Counted from the stretch's first letter, positions 39,709 to 52,410 are shown. The stretch is DNA of 64,000 bases from Octopus bimaculoides (GCF_001194135.2 NC_068987.1:16041021-16105020); one strand, 5' to 3'. Numbers and translations are program-made. The notes: generated by a model not told the origin, from the letters alone.

Positions 39709-42700
39709 AAATCTCACAGATGTTCCCAAAGCTACAAGTTCAACTCCTATTTCTCGGCCACGTTCACCTCAAGTTACCTCTCCAATGCGTCGCAAAACAA
39801 AGCGAGTTTCCAGTTTATTCAAACCACGTTCATTGGCTGTGACTGGTGGTGGTGGTAGTAGTGTTAGTAGTAGTAATAGAAGTAGTAGCAGCAGTAGTAA
39901 TAGTAGTAGCAGCAGCAGTAGTAATAACAACAGCAGCAATAGTAGTGGTAATGGAAGTAGAAACAGTAGCAACAGCAATACCAAGTTACCACTTGTTGTG
40001 ACCTCAGCTGCTGCAATGTCCAGTTCGGAAGCTGTGGCTGGTGTAAAACCAGCAACTACAGTATCTGTTTCCGTTACCACTACTACCTCAATTACCACCT
40101 CTTCGAGTGACCAAGTGATCAGCAGTGTCCCGGAAGTGATCAAAACATCACAGGTGGACGACCGACTACCTTCGCCTGGTTCCCAGGACATTGCCAGCAA
40201 CCTGAAACGCCCCTTGTATGTGGCTACTGACCTAACTGGTGAGTTGGGCAGTTCTGCTGATATCGACAGTGTGAGCCCTTCTAAACGTCAAAAGTATTCT
40301 CCCAGTCAGAAATTTGGCAGTACGAGGATTCTTGCCCAAACCAAAGCGTCGTCTGAAAGCAGTCGACAACCGAAAACCTCACATTCATCCTGGGGGGGCA
40401 GTCCTCAAGAGAAACAGGCTTCTCCTGTAACAGCATCAAACACTCCTTTAATACACCCACCTCGCCTTCAGACTGCTTTACTGCAAGTATCAAAATCCTC
40501 ACCCCCTGCTGCAGCTAGCAGTAGTAACAGTAGTACTAATACTGCTGACAGTTGTGTCGCTGAAGCTTCTTCTAAAAACTCCTCTGCCCCTGCAAATCAG
40601 TCCCGCGTACTTGCTCAACTCCAGGTACCCTCTCAGTTCTTGGCTGCCACGGTATTGGTAAAGTCTCAACCGAAGTCAAAACCTGTTGTTCGAAACAGCA
40701 CTAATTCGAGTCAGTCCAAGACGACGACGACGTCTGTGACAGCTGCGACATGTACCGAACCAGACACGAGTTCACCGTCCAACGAGTATCGTCAGAATGT
40801 TTTTGCATTGTTTCGGAAGTTACGCAGTAACAACAACAACGACAACAATGACAACAGCAGCAGCAGCAGCAGCAACAGTAACTCCAGTTCTAGTGATTCA
40901 GGTACTGTAACAGCTTCTGCTACGTCACCAACGCTGACGACAACAACAACAACAGCAACAGCAGCAGCGACGACCACCACCACCACAACAGCAGCAGCAG
41001 CAGCAGCAGTGGCAACATCAACTATTAGTTTTGTCAACAGCAACAGCCCGAACAGCAGCAACAACAACACCACCACCACCACCACCTCCTCCAACAACAA
41101 CAACAACAAGGACAGTTCAAATAGTAATATAAACAAAACTGAAAGCGTGCCAGCATCGGATAGTAGTCTGGCACCATCGCAGAAGAACAACGATGCTGTG
41201 AATCTGCAACGTTCGCATGAGATCTGCCAGGCTGTGTTTGAGAGAAGCCGAAGTAATTTGAATAAGAGCACAATGGTATCGCTGTTGCCAAAATCAAGTA
41301 GTGTGGCCATTCAAGTGACAACCAATCAATTCCAACAGCATACGTTTGGTGCACCGAGCATCATTATCCCCCAGTCAACCATCGCCAGCTCCAATCAACA
41401 AAAACTCACTCCTGTAACGAGCTCCTCAAGCCAACTGGGATCTTCGAAAATCTTGTTCTCACAGTCGGAGTCTGTTTCTAATCTGTTTGCTCAGTTGCAG
41501 AACCCGAAATCAAGTTCTAAACTTGTTGTGAGCGGCACGTCTTCGATGCTGTCGCCGTCATCGTCATCATCATCAACAGGCAACATTGAAGAAAGTAACG
41601 AGGGAGTAAACGACAACACTGATAATGGCAGTAATAATAAGGACGGAGATTCCAAACAGGACGACAGTTCCAACGTGCAGAACGACTCGGCCCTTGGTTT
41701 GGTTGGCATGGAGCTACCATCTGCATCCACGTCACCACTTTCCTCGGATACCACGGCAACACCGGCAACAACAGCTGCCGCCGAGCAGAAAGAAGTGCAC
41801 GCAGCCATGACATCCGCTGCGACAGACGTGTTAGTACAATCGAGCTTGCCGACCACCAGCACTGCAACCACCACCAACAACACCACCACCTCAGCATTCT
41901 CCAGAGTTGAAGGTTCTGCGGCACTTTCTGCTCCAGCCAACTCATTGCAATCCATCTCCACCACCACCACCGCCTCATCACTCAGCAGCCCCAGAACATC
42001 CCTGTCTCTAATGTCTTCTATGACGACGACCACCACTGCGATGACATCTACCACCTGCTCTTCACCTTCGCTAACTGTAGCCCTAACCTCTACTCTATCT
42101 TCTCCTCTCTCTGCAGCTAGTCAGTCTCCTGTAGCCGTTACTACTTCAACTACTACATCTACCAATGCTACTACTACTACTGCTACTACTACTACTTCTG
42201 TTACTACTACTACTACAACTACTACTACCACTACTATGCCTACTTCGAAACCAGCCTCAAGCGTTGTTGAGGAAACAAGCCCAAATCCAGAGATTCTGTC
42301 ATCGACAAGCAGAAATGAGAAAGCAGCTGTGAAGACAACACCTTCAACATTATCAGCAGCAGCTGTAACTGCTAGTAATACTACTACTACTTCAACAACT
42401 ACTACTACTACTACAACCTCAATCCTAGCTACGGCTTTGTTAGCGCCGCCTTTAGATTCTGGCTGTGTGGTCAGAATACTGGAACGGACAGACAAAAACT
42501 GTGAAATGGCATCGGAGTCGCCGCCACCGCCGCCTTTACCACCGGACAAGGTAGCGGTGGTGTCCGCCTCTGGCCAGCTGGTTGACTCAACGTCACAGAC
42601 CATGGACACTGCCACTACGGCATTGGCCTGTTCTCAGACTGACTCTAGTACCACTACGGCGTTGTTAACATCAACAATAACAACTGTAATAACATCAACA

Positions 42701-43858
42701 ACAACAGCTACTGTTGTGGTACCAGCTACTATGGCAACCATTGCAACCACTTCTTCTTCTTCTTCTACCACTACTTCTTCATCCTCCTCCTCCTCTTCTC
42801 CACCTACTGTCTCATCGTCCACCTCCTCCTCCTTTTCCACTTCTCTGGACAACACGAATCCTGATTGTAGTCAGTTACCCTCTTCCAAAAGTAGAAAGCT
42901 TGATGGTCAGGTTTCTGTTGCCCCGCCCCGGTCATCAAGTGCACCTCCAACCACATTGTCCACTAAAACGCCTGGCCACACGGTCGTCGCCGGCAGCAAC
43001 ACGGAAAACATTGCCCGGTCGGCCAGCGTGGACACCAGCATCAATGCTCTCTACAGCAGCAGCAACAACAACAACAACAACAACAGCAGCAACAGCAATC
43101 AACTGAAAGATGACGAGCTGCCCCCAGTGTCAGAAACATCGAGTACCCCGAACGACGAGGTCGACACTGAACACAAACTTTATCTAACACAACAAGAGGT
43201 AAATTTTTTATCGCGAGCTGGCACTGCTACTGCAGCAGAACAGAAGGGGCCTCCAAGTAACTCAACTTCTGTATCAAACGACGTAACTAGTAGTAATCAT
43301 AAACCTATCACCCTGCTACCCACTCTAGCACCCACACCCTTGGCTTCGACGCCCATCACCACCATTATAATTACAACCACCACTACAACTACTACTACTA
43401 CTACTACTACTACTACAACATCCAACGTCGCGTCTGGCACCCCAACCCCTCAACCCTTACAATCCCCCAATTCCTCTCTCTTACCGCCAGACACAGTAGA
43501 CAGTGTCCAGAACATCGCGTTAAGCTTAGCAAACAATGTGGAGGCGCATATATCTGACCTTTTGAGCACACCCGTATCCATCATCGCCGGCAGCACCCCT
43601 GTGCACGTGCTGGCAGCCACCAGTGTCGGTGACCCGATGCACATGATCCAGTCGACCGTCTTGCCATCGATGGTCGCTGCCGCCGCTGCTGCTGCGGGTG
43701 CCGCTCCTGTCCCAAACGGCAGCTGCGCAATCGCGCAGTCACCCAACTGTGCCTGCAGTCTAAAGGCCATGGTGATGTGCAAAAAATGTGGTGCATTTTG
43801 TCACGATGACTGTATCGGGCCGTCACGTCTGTGTGTGACCTGCCTGATTACAACGTGA
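39709..43858 (+). CDS. Asx: Asx terminal exon (4150 nt): low-complexity S/T/N/A region plus C-terminal PHD finger [32 protein letters not shown] (43748-43843)
   Basis: ttttcag| acceptor in phase 2, in frame with the 1397-aa ORF 39665-43858; the C-terminal sequence is the diagnostic ASXL PHD. Confidence 0.97.
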
Positions 43859-44820
43859 CATTGCGTGTTGAGGAGTTTTGTTTGTTTTATTCTGTTTATA
43901 TACATATATATATATATATATGTATATGTACATTTTTTTTTTTGGAACTTAATGTGTGAAAGATGAAAACAAAATTAAGGAAAAGAAAGCCATATTAAAT
44001 AATGATTATGATGTAATAATAATAATAATATAATAAATAATAATAATAATGATATGACGTTGGTTGATGAAATAAAAATGTTAGTAGAATCTGAATGAGT
44101 GTTAGGGTGTGTGTGTGTGTTTGTGCACGTATATGTGTACGCGTGCGTGCGTGGATGTGCGTGCATGCAGACGTGTGTGTGTGTGTATTTTTTTGAGACA
44201 AAGAGTGGCAGTGAGAGAGAGAGATGACTGACTGCAGGAGAGAAGGTTAGAATGAATTGATTGCGAGATGAGATGATAAAAAGACTTTATCACATGAAGA
44301 GGAACAAATATAATTAAGAAGAAACATTTGAAAATAAAAATAAAAAAAAAGAAAATACTTTTTGAAGAAAGACAAAAGGAAAAAAAAAATATGTGAAGAA
44401 TAAATAAATAAATAAAAAAAATTGAGATGGAAAAAAAATAAAATAAATTAAAAAAAAATTACCCTCAGAGAGATGTTAAATGAAATATAGTGAATAAAAA
44501 AAGAACTATATGGAAATATTTGAAATAATGATGGATGCCAAATAAATTTTTGATGTGATCAGTAAACAAAAACAACAAAAAAATTTCAAAAAAAAAAAGA
44601 TAAAGGAAAAAATCTATGGGCTGTCCCGTGAGGAGGAGAAATGATATTGTACATTTTTCTTATATTCTGTATAATGTCTGCCTACCTGTGAATTTTTTTC
44701 TTCTCATTTTAGTGAGAGGGAGGGGAAAAAGAGAGAAAAAAAACTAAAATTTTCTTCAAACAAATTTAATTTCAATTTTTATTTATTTATAACTGTTTTT
44801 GTTTGTTTTCGTTTCAATCT
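43859..44820 (+). other. Probable Asx 3' UTR, A-rich, several AATAAA hexamers (e.g. 44071, 44333)
   Basis: Follows the stop codon. The used polyA site cannot be chosen from sequence, and a gap starts at 44825. Confidence 0.45.
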
Positions 44821-44824
44821 TTGC

Positions 44825-45662
44825 NNNNNNNNNNNNNNNNNNNNNNNNNNNNNNNNNNNNNNNNNNNNNNNNNNNNNNNNNNNNNNNNNNNNNNNNNNNN
44901 NNNNNNNNNNNNNNNNNNNNNNNNNNNNNNNNNNNNNNNNNNNNNNNNNNNNNNNNNNNNNNNNNNNNNNNNNNNNNNNNNNNNNNNNNNNNNNNNNNNN
45001 NNNNNNNNNNNNNNNNNNNNNNNNNNNNNNNNNNNNNNNNNNNNNNNNNNNNNNNNNNNNNNNNNNNNNNNNNNNNNNNNNNNNNNNNNNNNNNNNNNNN
45101 NNNNNNNNNNNNNNNNNNNNNNNNNNNNNNNNNNNNNNNNNNNNNNNNNNNNNNNNNNNNNNNNNNNNNNNNNNNNNNNNNNNNNNNNNNNNNNNNNNNN
45201 NNNNNNNNNNNNNNNNNNNNNNNNNNNNNNNNNNNNNNNNNNNNNNNNNNNNNNNNNNNNNNNNNNNNNNNNNNNNNNNNNNNNNNNNNNNNNNNNNNNN
45301 NNNNNNNNNNNNNNNNNNNNNNNNNNNNNNNNNNNNNNNNNNNNNNNNNNNNNNNNNNNNNNNNNNNNNNNNNNNNNNNNNNNNNNNNNNNNNNNNNNNN
45401 NNNNNNNNNNNNNNNNNNNNNNNNNNNNNNNNNNNNNNNNNNNNNNNNNNNNNNNNNNNNNNNNNNNNNNNNNNNNNNNNNNNNNNNNNNNNNNNNNNNN
45501 NNNNNNNNNNNNNNNNNNNNNNNNNNNNNNNNNNNNNNNNNNNNNNNNNNNNNNNNNNNNNNNNNNNNNNNNNNNNNNNNNNNNNNNNNNNNNNNNNNNN
45601 NNNNNNNNNNNNNNNNNNNNNNNNNNNNNNNNNNNNNNNNNNNNNNNNNNNNNNNNNNNNNN
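44825..45662. other. Assembly gap downstream of Asx
   Basis: N run flanked by (TA)n. Confidence 1.
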
Positions 45663-45699
<37 letters not shown>

Positions 45700-45713
45700 T
45701 TTATTTAAACTGA

Positions 45714-45760
<47 letters not shown>

Positions 45761-46349
45761 TCAGCAGCAGCATTTAACATCCACTTTTCCATGCTTGCAT
45801 TGGTTGGACAGAGTTTATTATAGCAAATTTTCTTTGACTAGATGCTCTTCCTGTTGCCAACCCCTACCAGTTTCCAAACAAGGTGATATTTCCTCATGGC
45901 CGGACATGTTCTCACAGAATATTGCAAACAAGTGGCTGCTCGTTTGACAGTGATACTCGTTTACAACTACCAGTCAATGTCGCATACACACATTGTCCAG
46001 TGGGCTTCTTTCAGTTTCCGTCTACCAAATCCATTAACAGGGTTGTTGTAGACAACACTTCTTAAGGTGCTACACAATGGGACTGAACCCAGAACCATGT
46101 AGTCATGAAGCAGACTTCTTTGTGTGAGAGTGAGTGATATTTCATATCACTAGTGATTGTTTACTTCAAAGTTTCACCATTAAAACTGGCTTCTCAAACT
46201 TTGTTGAAACTTTGAATAAACAGTTATAGTCACTATTCATATTAAATATTAATTCGACTCTACAGTAATTGAATCCTTTATTCAGTGCATATTCAATATC
46301 AATTACATCAACCGATTAAACAAACATTTATTCATATATATAATATGTT

Positions 46350-46506
46350 TACTACACTCTCGGAGTGGTTGGCGTTAGGAAGGGCATCCAGCTGTAGAAA
46401 CTCTGCCAAATTCGATTGGAGCCTGGTGTAGCCATCTGGTTCACCAGTCCTCAGTCAAATCGTCCAACCCATGCTAGCATGGAAAGCGGACGTTAAACGA
46501 TGATGA
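46350..46506 (+). mobile_element. RTE-family 3' tail copy
   Basis: Conserved terminal segment only. Confidence 0.85.
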
Positions 46507-47788
46507 ATTCGTTTTGACTAGCTTTGTTCCATGACCTATCCAACCAGTGAATATGCTATCATGCGGACCTTCAAATCCCAGTCAAAATGAGTTTTATAAT
46601 TGGGCTCTACTTTTAGCATTGACTTTCCTCATCAGTAAATGTTCTGATATTCTTAAATTATTTTTTTTAAATAACAAAAATGTATGTGAGTGTGCAATAT
46701 GGCACTTTGGCAGTGACGGAAGTAGAATGGCTTTTACAAACAAAATGTCTTGAGGTGTTGGTTTTGTACCAGTTTACAGATGTTGGAGGTATTTAGGGTG
46801 TTGGATTCCTGATTGTAAAATTGAGATTTTTGATTCCTGCACCAGGTGATGCATTGTGTGTTCCTGTGCAAAACACGTTATTGCAATCCACTCAATTGGC
46901 AAAAATGAGTAATCCTGCAATCGTCTGGTGGCCCATCCAAAGGCCGGGAATACATGTACCATGGAAACCGGGAAATCCGCTCTTTGAGTCTGTATGACTT
47001 GGAAAGGCTCGTCAGTTTACAGATACTTCTTAGTCACTCCATATTACCAGAAATACAGTTAACCAGTGATTAGCATGTTGGAAACTGCTAGCTAAATGCT
47101 CTCTTGTCCAGTGCTAAGTACTGGAGTTAGGGATTGATAAAAGAAGGTCCCAGTCAAGTTTTATGGTCAGTGTAATTGACTAACACTCTCTCCTTGCACC
47201 CCCACCTAAATTGCTGACCTTGTGTTGTGCTTATATAAAAAACATTATTTGCTTAATGGCCATATAATACTAAGAGAAAAATAAAAACGCCTAGTGGTTA
47301 AATCCTGTTACAAGAAGTCATTGTAGCATTCAGATCAGTTTGCTCTTGGCAAGAATGTACCGTTTGCCTGTGACTGTACACTCTCAGTTGGTGAACTTGA
47401 TTGGACAATGCCCTATATGAAGGTTTTTATGATTGCCAAAATTTTCATTCTTTTTATTTCTATACATAGTGACCTGTTGTAGGCTAATGCTGAAGTTTGT
47501 ATAAATCGAACCTGAAATTGCTGGATATATTTTCAAATTTAGTTTGAAACTACTTTCCAGTTTGTCTACATTGTTCAGGACAGTATGGATATAATGGGGC
47601 CGAGAAAAGTTTCATGAATCTGAAGTTTAGTACCTGTGTGAGAAAAATTATAATTATTACAAGGACAGTTGTTAGGGTGCTTGGATTTGTTTAGCCACAT
47701 CCCATTACATTCTGAGTTCAAATCCTGGTGAAGCCAACTATGTCCTTCCTACAAAATCTGTGGCCTTTAACCTGATATTATAAATCAT

Positions 47789-48170
47789 TGGAGGCACAAT
47801 GGCCCAGTGGTTAGGGCAGCGGACTCGCAGTCATAGGATCGCGGTTTCAATTCCCAGACCAGGTGTTTATCGAGTGAAAACACCTAAAGCTCCACGAGGC
47901 TCCGGCAGGGGATGGTGGCGAACCCTGCTGTACTCTTTCACCACAACTTTCTCTCACTCTTACTTCCTGTTTCTGTTGTACCTGTAATTCAAAGGGTCAG
48001 CCTTGTCACTCTGTGTCACACTGAATATCCCCGAGAACTACGTTAAGGGTACACGTGTCTGTGGAGTGCTCAGCCACTTGCACGTCAATTTCACGAGCAG
48101 GCCGTTCCGTTGATCGGATCAACTGGAACCCTCGACGTCGTAAGCGACGGAGTGCCAACAACAACAAATC
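47789..48170 (+). mobile_element. tRNA-derived SINE (family C)
   Basis: A box TGGCCCAGTGG, B box GGTTTCAATTCC, (AAC)n tail; its 3' 100 nt match 54672-54773 on the minus strand. Confidence 0.8.
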
Positions 48171-48503
48171 CTTATTTGAAACATAACGGTTCGCATTGAG
48201 AAAGCCACATCTCTTTCTTTCTTTTTGATTTCAGTTTGTGAGTTCCCAATATGGTCCATAGCAGCATATTTAAACTCTTCATTAAGGAAGGAATCGTGTC
48301 TGTTTAAAACTTTTGGTACTTTTTGCTTTGGTTCTCAGTTGTAACTATTTCATTTTGTTTACGTTGGTCGTTAAGAAAAGCATGGCTATCACAATCTCAT
48401 TTCCTCTTCTCTGTGCACCTGAGGACCTGCACCTATAAAACGAAATAACATTTTCATACTTTCTCTACATTTCATTTTTATTTATTATTATTAAGGTACT
48501 GAA

Positions 48504-49285
48504 AGGCAGTGAGTTGGCAGAATCGTTAGCACACCGGGCACAATGCTTAGCAGTATTTTGTCTGTCTTCACATTCTGAGTTCAAATTCCGCCAAGGTCGG
48601 CTTCGCCTTTCATCTTTTCGGGGTCGATCTAATCGACTCGCCCCCTCCCCCAAAATTTCAGGCCTTGTGCCTATAGTAGAAAGGATTATTGTGGCTATTA
48701 TTGTTATTGTAAAGTGGCAGAATTGTTAGTATGTAAGACAAAGTGCTTAGCTACATTTCATCATTCTGAGTTCAAATCCTGTTTGAATCCACTTTGCTGT
48801 TCGTTGTTTTGGGGTTGATTGAATACAGTACCAAGCTCAATCTAATCAACTTGCTCCCCCCCCCCTCTCCTCACAGTTACTGGCCTCATGCCAAAATTAG
48901 TCTTATTACCAAAGATAGCAAGCTGGCAGCAGCATTACCATGCCGGACCAAATGCTTAGCAGCATTTCTTCCAATGCATCGCGTTCTCAGTTTAAATTCC
49001 GCCGGAGTCAACTTTGTCTTTCATCCTTTCAGGGTTAATTGAACAAGAACCACTTGAGCACTGGGATCAATGTAATCGACTACCACCCCCCTACTGTCAA
49101 ATTTCAGGCCTTGTCCCCACAGGAAACTGTTATTAAGCCGGCACGGTGGTAGAATCGTTAGCATTTCGTTTGTATTTATATTCTGAGTTCAAATTCCGCT
49201 GAGGTCAACTTTGCTTTTCATTCTTTCAAGGGTGATGCCATCAACTTACTCCACTCCCTTAAAATTTGAAACCGTTATTATTATT
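48504..49285 (+). repeat. Head-to-tail array of four related SINE copies (family D)
   Basis: Units start near 48504, 48712, 48915 and 49136, each with TGGCAGAATCGTTAGC..., CTGAGTTCAAATTCCGC-like and AAATTTCAGGCCTTGTGCC-like blocks and a short (TTA)n end. Single copies lie near 9980-10190 and 33325-33530. Confidence 0.8.
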
Positions 49286-49949
49286 ACTTAATCTCATCCC
49301 TTCCATCTCACCAGTCTCCTGAATGGATTCTTACTAACACTTTTAAGCAACTCGTGCTTGAGTGCCAGATTTGCATCAATGGTCCAAGTTCTCCACCACA
49401 ACGGACAGTTTTTGTGATGTTCATGGAATTTAGGCGACACTCTGCTTTGGTACAATTCAGCTGTCTAGACTTGTTTGTATACCTACAAATGTCACTATAA
49501 TTAGGACCGTTTTGACTTCAGGAAACAACAAAGACATCTCTATATCTCTTCTCCTGAACACTAGTAGCACTATATCGCCATGGTGACCTTGTCATCAAAC
49601 TGGACAACAACAACATTGTCATGGTTTAATAAGTGAGATTTCTACAGGGAGAAAGTACTCTTCCTGCTCAGCAACCGATTCCACCTAGGGACTTTACTCA
49701 TTGCAAACAAAATCTTGTTTCCACCATTATACACCAGCTCATCTCTCTACTTCTGACCTCCGGTGCAAATCTCTGCCATTAATTTCCTCCTCAAAATTAA
49801 CAATTCCAATCATCCTATTATCCTCTACCTGAAGTTTTCCACAGTTAACCGTAACAACCTTACATCGCTCCTGATTAAAACCTTGCTATCCCACAGCTAT
49901 CTTGCCAACATCAGCCCCTTTTCCTTTGACCCTCCAAACTCCTCTTTAC

Positions 49950-50400
49950 CTCTGGGTGTTATTACTCCATACTCTACCTTTTCGATTCTGGCTCAGAGTG
50001 ATTGACCCAGGTCTCATTCGTGACTATTCTCTCCAAAGAAGCTGCACCTTCGTCGTTGTAGCAGTCGAGTAGTCATTGGAGACGATCTCCACACGATTGT
50101 GCTTATGCGCTTCAGTGAGCTCTCCTGGCCCCTGTCTCGCTTAAACCTTACGAAAGCAAACATAGATGTTAAATTCCTCTGCACTGAACTCATTCCTCGA
50201 ATTCCTTCCTCTGGTGAATTTCAATAGACAGGTTACAAGAAGAGACGTGAGTATCAACGTGTAGACTACTTCAAGGTTCAGATTTTCACCCAGTTCGCGG
50301 AGATCTGACGATTGTTGTATTACTGTCCCCTTAACCATCATGAAAAACCTGCTCACCTCTTTCATCTTGGTCTTGTGCTCCAAAATTCACTTCTACCTTC
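49950..50400 (-). mobile_element. Mariner relic (N-terminal HTH plus RELTEAHKHNRVEI...NETWV)
   Basis: ORF 50141-50383 has VY...KFTRGRNS; the downstream minus-strand DNA matches 52140-52310. Confidence 0.65.
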
Positions 50401-50946
50401 TCTGACACCTCCATCGATTTCTTAAAATGTTTTTAACAGCACTTTCCATTAACCCTAAACTTACTGGCTCCCACTCATATTTCGTTTATTGTTATTATTA
50501 TACACACACACACACATCTAATCTGTTGCTCCTTCTCACAATTTCTTTGGTTCGGCCACCTCTGCAGGAAAGAACTTCCCACCCCAAGTCGTTACAAATG
50601 CACCAGTTTTTCCTTTCACAAGGACACACTCTCCATCGTGGATGTGACCACCACCATCAACAAGCCAGTCATCTGCTGAAACTTTGCACTTCAGTGACAC
50701 ATTCATTTACCCACCTGACAACCGAATCCCTTTTCTGTACATCACTCCCTTTTTCTAAACAGACAAAAACTTAAGCGGCTACGTTTAGGTATTCCTTTGT
50801 CCCTAGTCACCCNNNNNNNNNNCCCCCAACATTGGAGCTTCTGTTCTTTCCTTCATTTTCGGTACAACACGTCCAACATGGTACCAAGCTTGCGCTTCTG
50901 ACAGCATATGCAGCAGAGTCTTACCGCTCTATACAATACATTTATT

Positions 50947-51101
50947 GTAATCTTAATCTCCCAACTTTTCGTGAAGGTTGTGTTAGAATACAGAATATTG
51001 CGAAAAATCTCGTAAGGATTTATTTGCCTTCTGTCAAGGTAAATCACCCAGTATTCTATATTCTAACACCACCTCCACATTAAGTAGGAGATTAAGATTA
51101 C
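50947..51101. repeat. Foldback element, about 50-bp inverted arms with a 55-nt spacer
   Basis: GTAATCTTAATCTCCCAACTT pairs with AAGTAGGAGATTAAGATTAC; GTTAGAATACAGAATA pairs with TATTCTATATTCTAAC. Confidence 0.75.
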
Positions 51102-51959
51102 CTTTGGATATTAATACTGCTTCTGTCGCCATTAATTATATCTGTTGTATATAAGTGAGACAGAGAGCCGTGTAGGGGATTGCTTCCGAGGATAATACGA
51201 TACCTGAAACAGTGTTCTGGGTATCCTCAAACCTGTAGTTCACCACTTCAACAACTTACTGGTCGTTCCCAGCCTGACCTCTGTCTGAAATACTTCAATA
51301 TTATGAATTAAAGGAGATTAGTTAATTCAGTGAGCAACCCCGACCTTTTTTTTTTATTTTGTTACCCTGGGGACTTTGATCTTCGCGTTATGAAAATCCG
51401 TCTCAGCTTTCTCTGTTGGACCTTAATTATGTCTAAGAGGAAATTTGGTGACATCGATCTCAACAGCTTAGGAAGGCCATGGGTACTACCTCCGGACCCT
51501 GCAAGAAGAAGAAAAGAAAAGGGAACTTCTGAACAGGATGTCTCGCAAGATCGTCACTTTTTAAAACAGATGTAGTGGGGAGGTTTGAGAAAGAATGAAA
51601 TCGTTTATGTGACGGACGAATTAAAGCGAAAGTTTACGGGAGACAGCCTGATAGTTGAGATTGTGGAAGAGAAGAGAACTGAAGCTTTGTCGATTCAAGG
51701 GAAATCCGTGCNNNNNNNNNNNNNNNNNNNNNNNNNNNNNNNNNNNNNNNNNNNNNNNNNNNNNNNNNNNNNNNNNNNNNGGAGATAGCTGTGTCCTTGG
51801 AACTGGAAATCCGAATCTTTGCAACATAATCATCATAGCTGTTGAGTTTGGTGGGATGGCAGTTTTATTGAGAGTCAGTCGGTTTTTAAAGGCACTGAAG
51901 TGGAAATGTGTGAGGAGTTATCGACAGTAATTGAACTATTGAGAGAAATGATGTGTTGG

Positions 51960-52410
51960 ATATTGCAGAGGTAAATTGTAAAGCCAAGCTAAAAGTGTCC
52001 GCGTACGAAATCGCAATGCTATACCGTTCCCTCTCAATATTTGATTTGAATATCAGAGTTGTCTCCCTTACCTATGTCTCTGCATTCAAAATCATCCACG
52101 ATAAGCTTCACTTTCATGAAGTCTGTGTGAGATGGTTGCCAAGAAAACTTACGGAAGCGCATAAGCACAACCGTGTGAAGATCTGTTAACACTGATTCGA
52201 CTGCTGAAACGATGAAGGCGAAGCTTCTTCAGAAAGAATATTCATAGGCGAGACCTAGGTTCATCATTTTGAGCCAGAATTCTAAAGTCAGAGTATAGAG
52301 TAGAAAAAAACCCACATTCACCAGCGAAAAGCTAATTTAAAACTCAAACTTTCACAGAAAAAGTGATGCTAATCGTTTTTCGTGACACAAAAAGGCCAAT
52401 ACTAGAGAAT
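51960..52410 (+). mobile_element. Mariner relic, same family as 49950-50400
   Basis: YEIA, IIHDKLHFHEVCVRWLPRKLTEAHKHNRVKIC, GET.VHHFEP and KVMLIVF motifs. Confidence 0.8.

Noticed and set aside
39769-43826. Many antisense and alternate-frame ORFs of 60-190 aa over the terminal exon
   Set aside because: Expected shadows of a low-complexity coding strand; no domains or splice support.
44779-45792. ORFs of about 300 aa, and similar ones at 14388-14924, 26691-26963 and 51585-51930
   Set aside because: They consist of X residues from N gaps plus microsatellite.
48504-49285. CRISPR-like repeat-spacer reading of this array or of the RTE UTR units
   Set aside because: The units are long, degenerate and homologous along their length with no unique spacers; eukaryotic context and no cas genes.
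50141-50383. Reverse-transcriptase-like reading of ORF ...KFTRG...FNIYV
   Set aside because: It fits the mariner N-terminal HTH better and is contiguous with clear mariner DNA.
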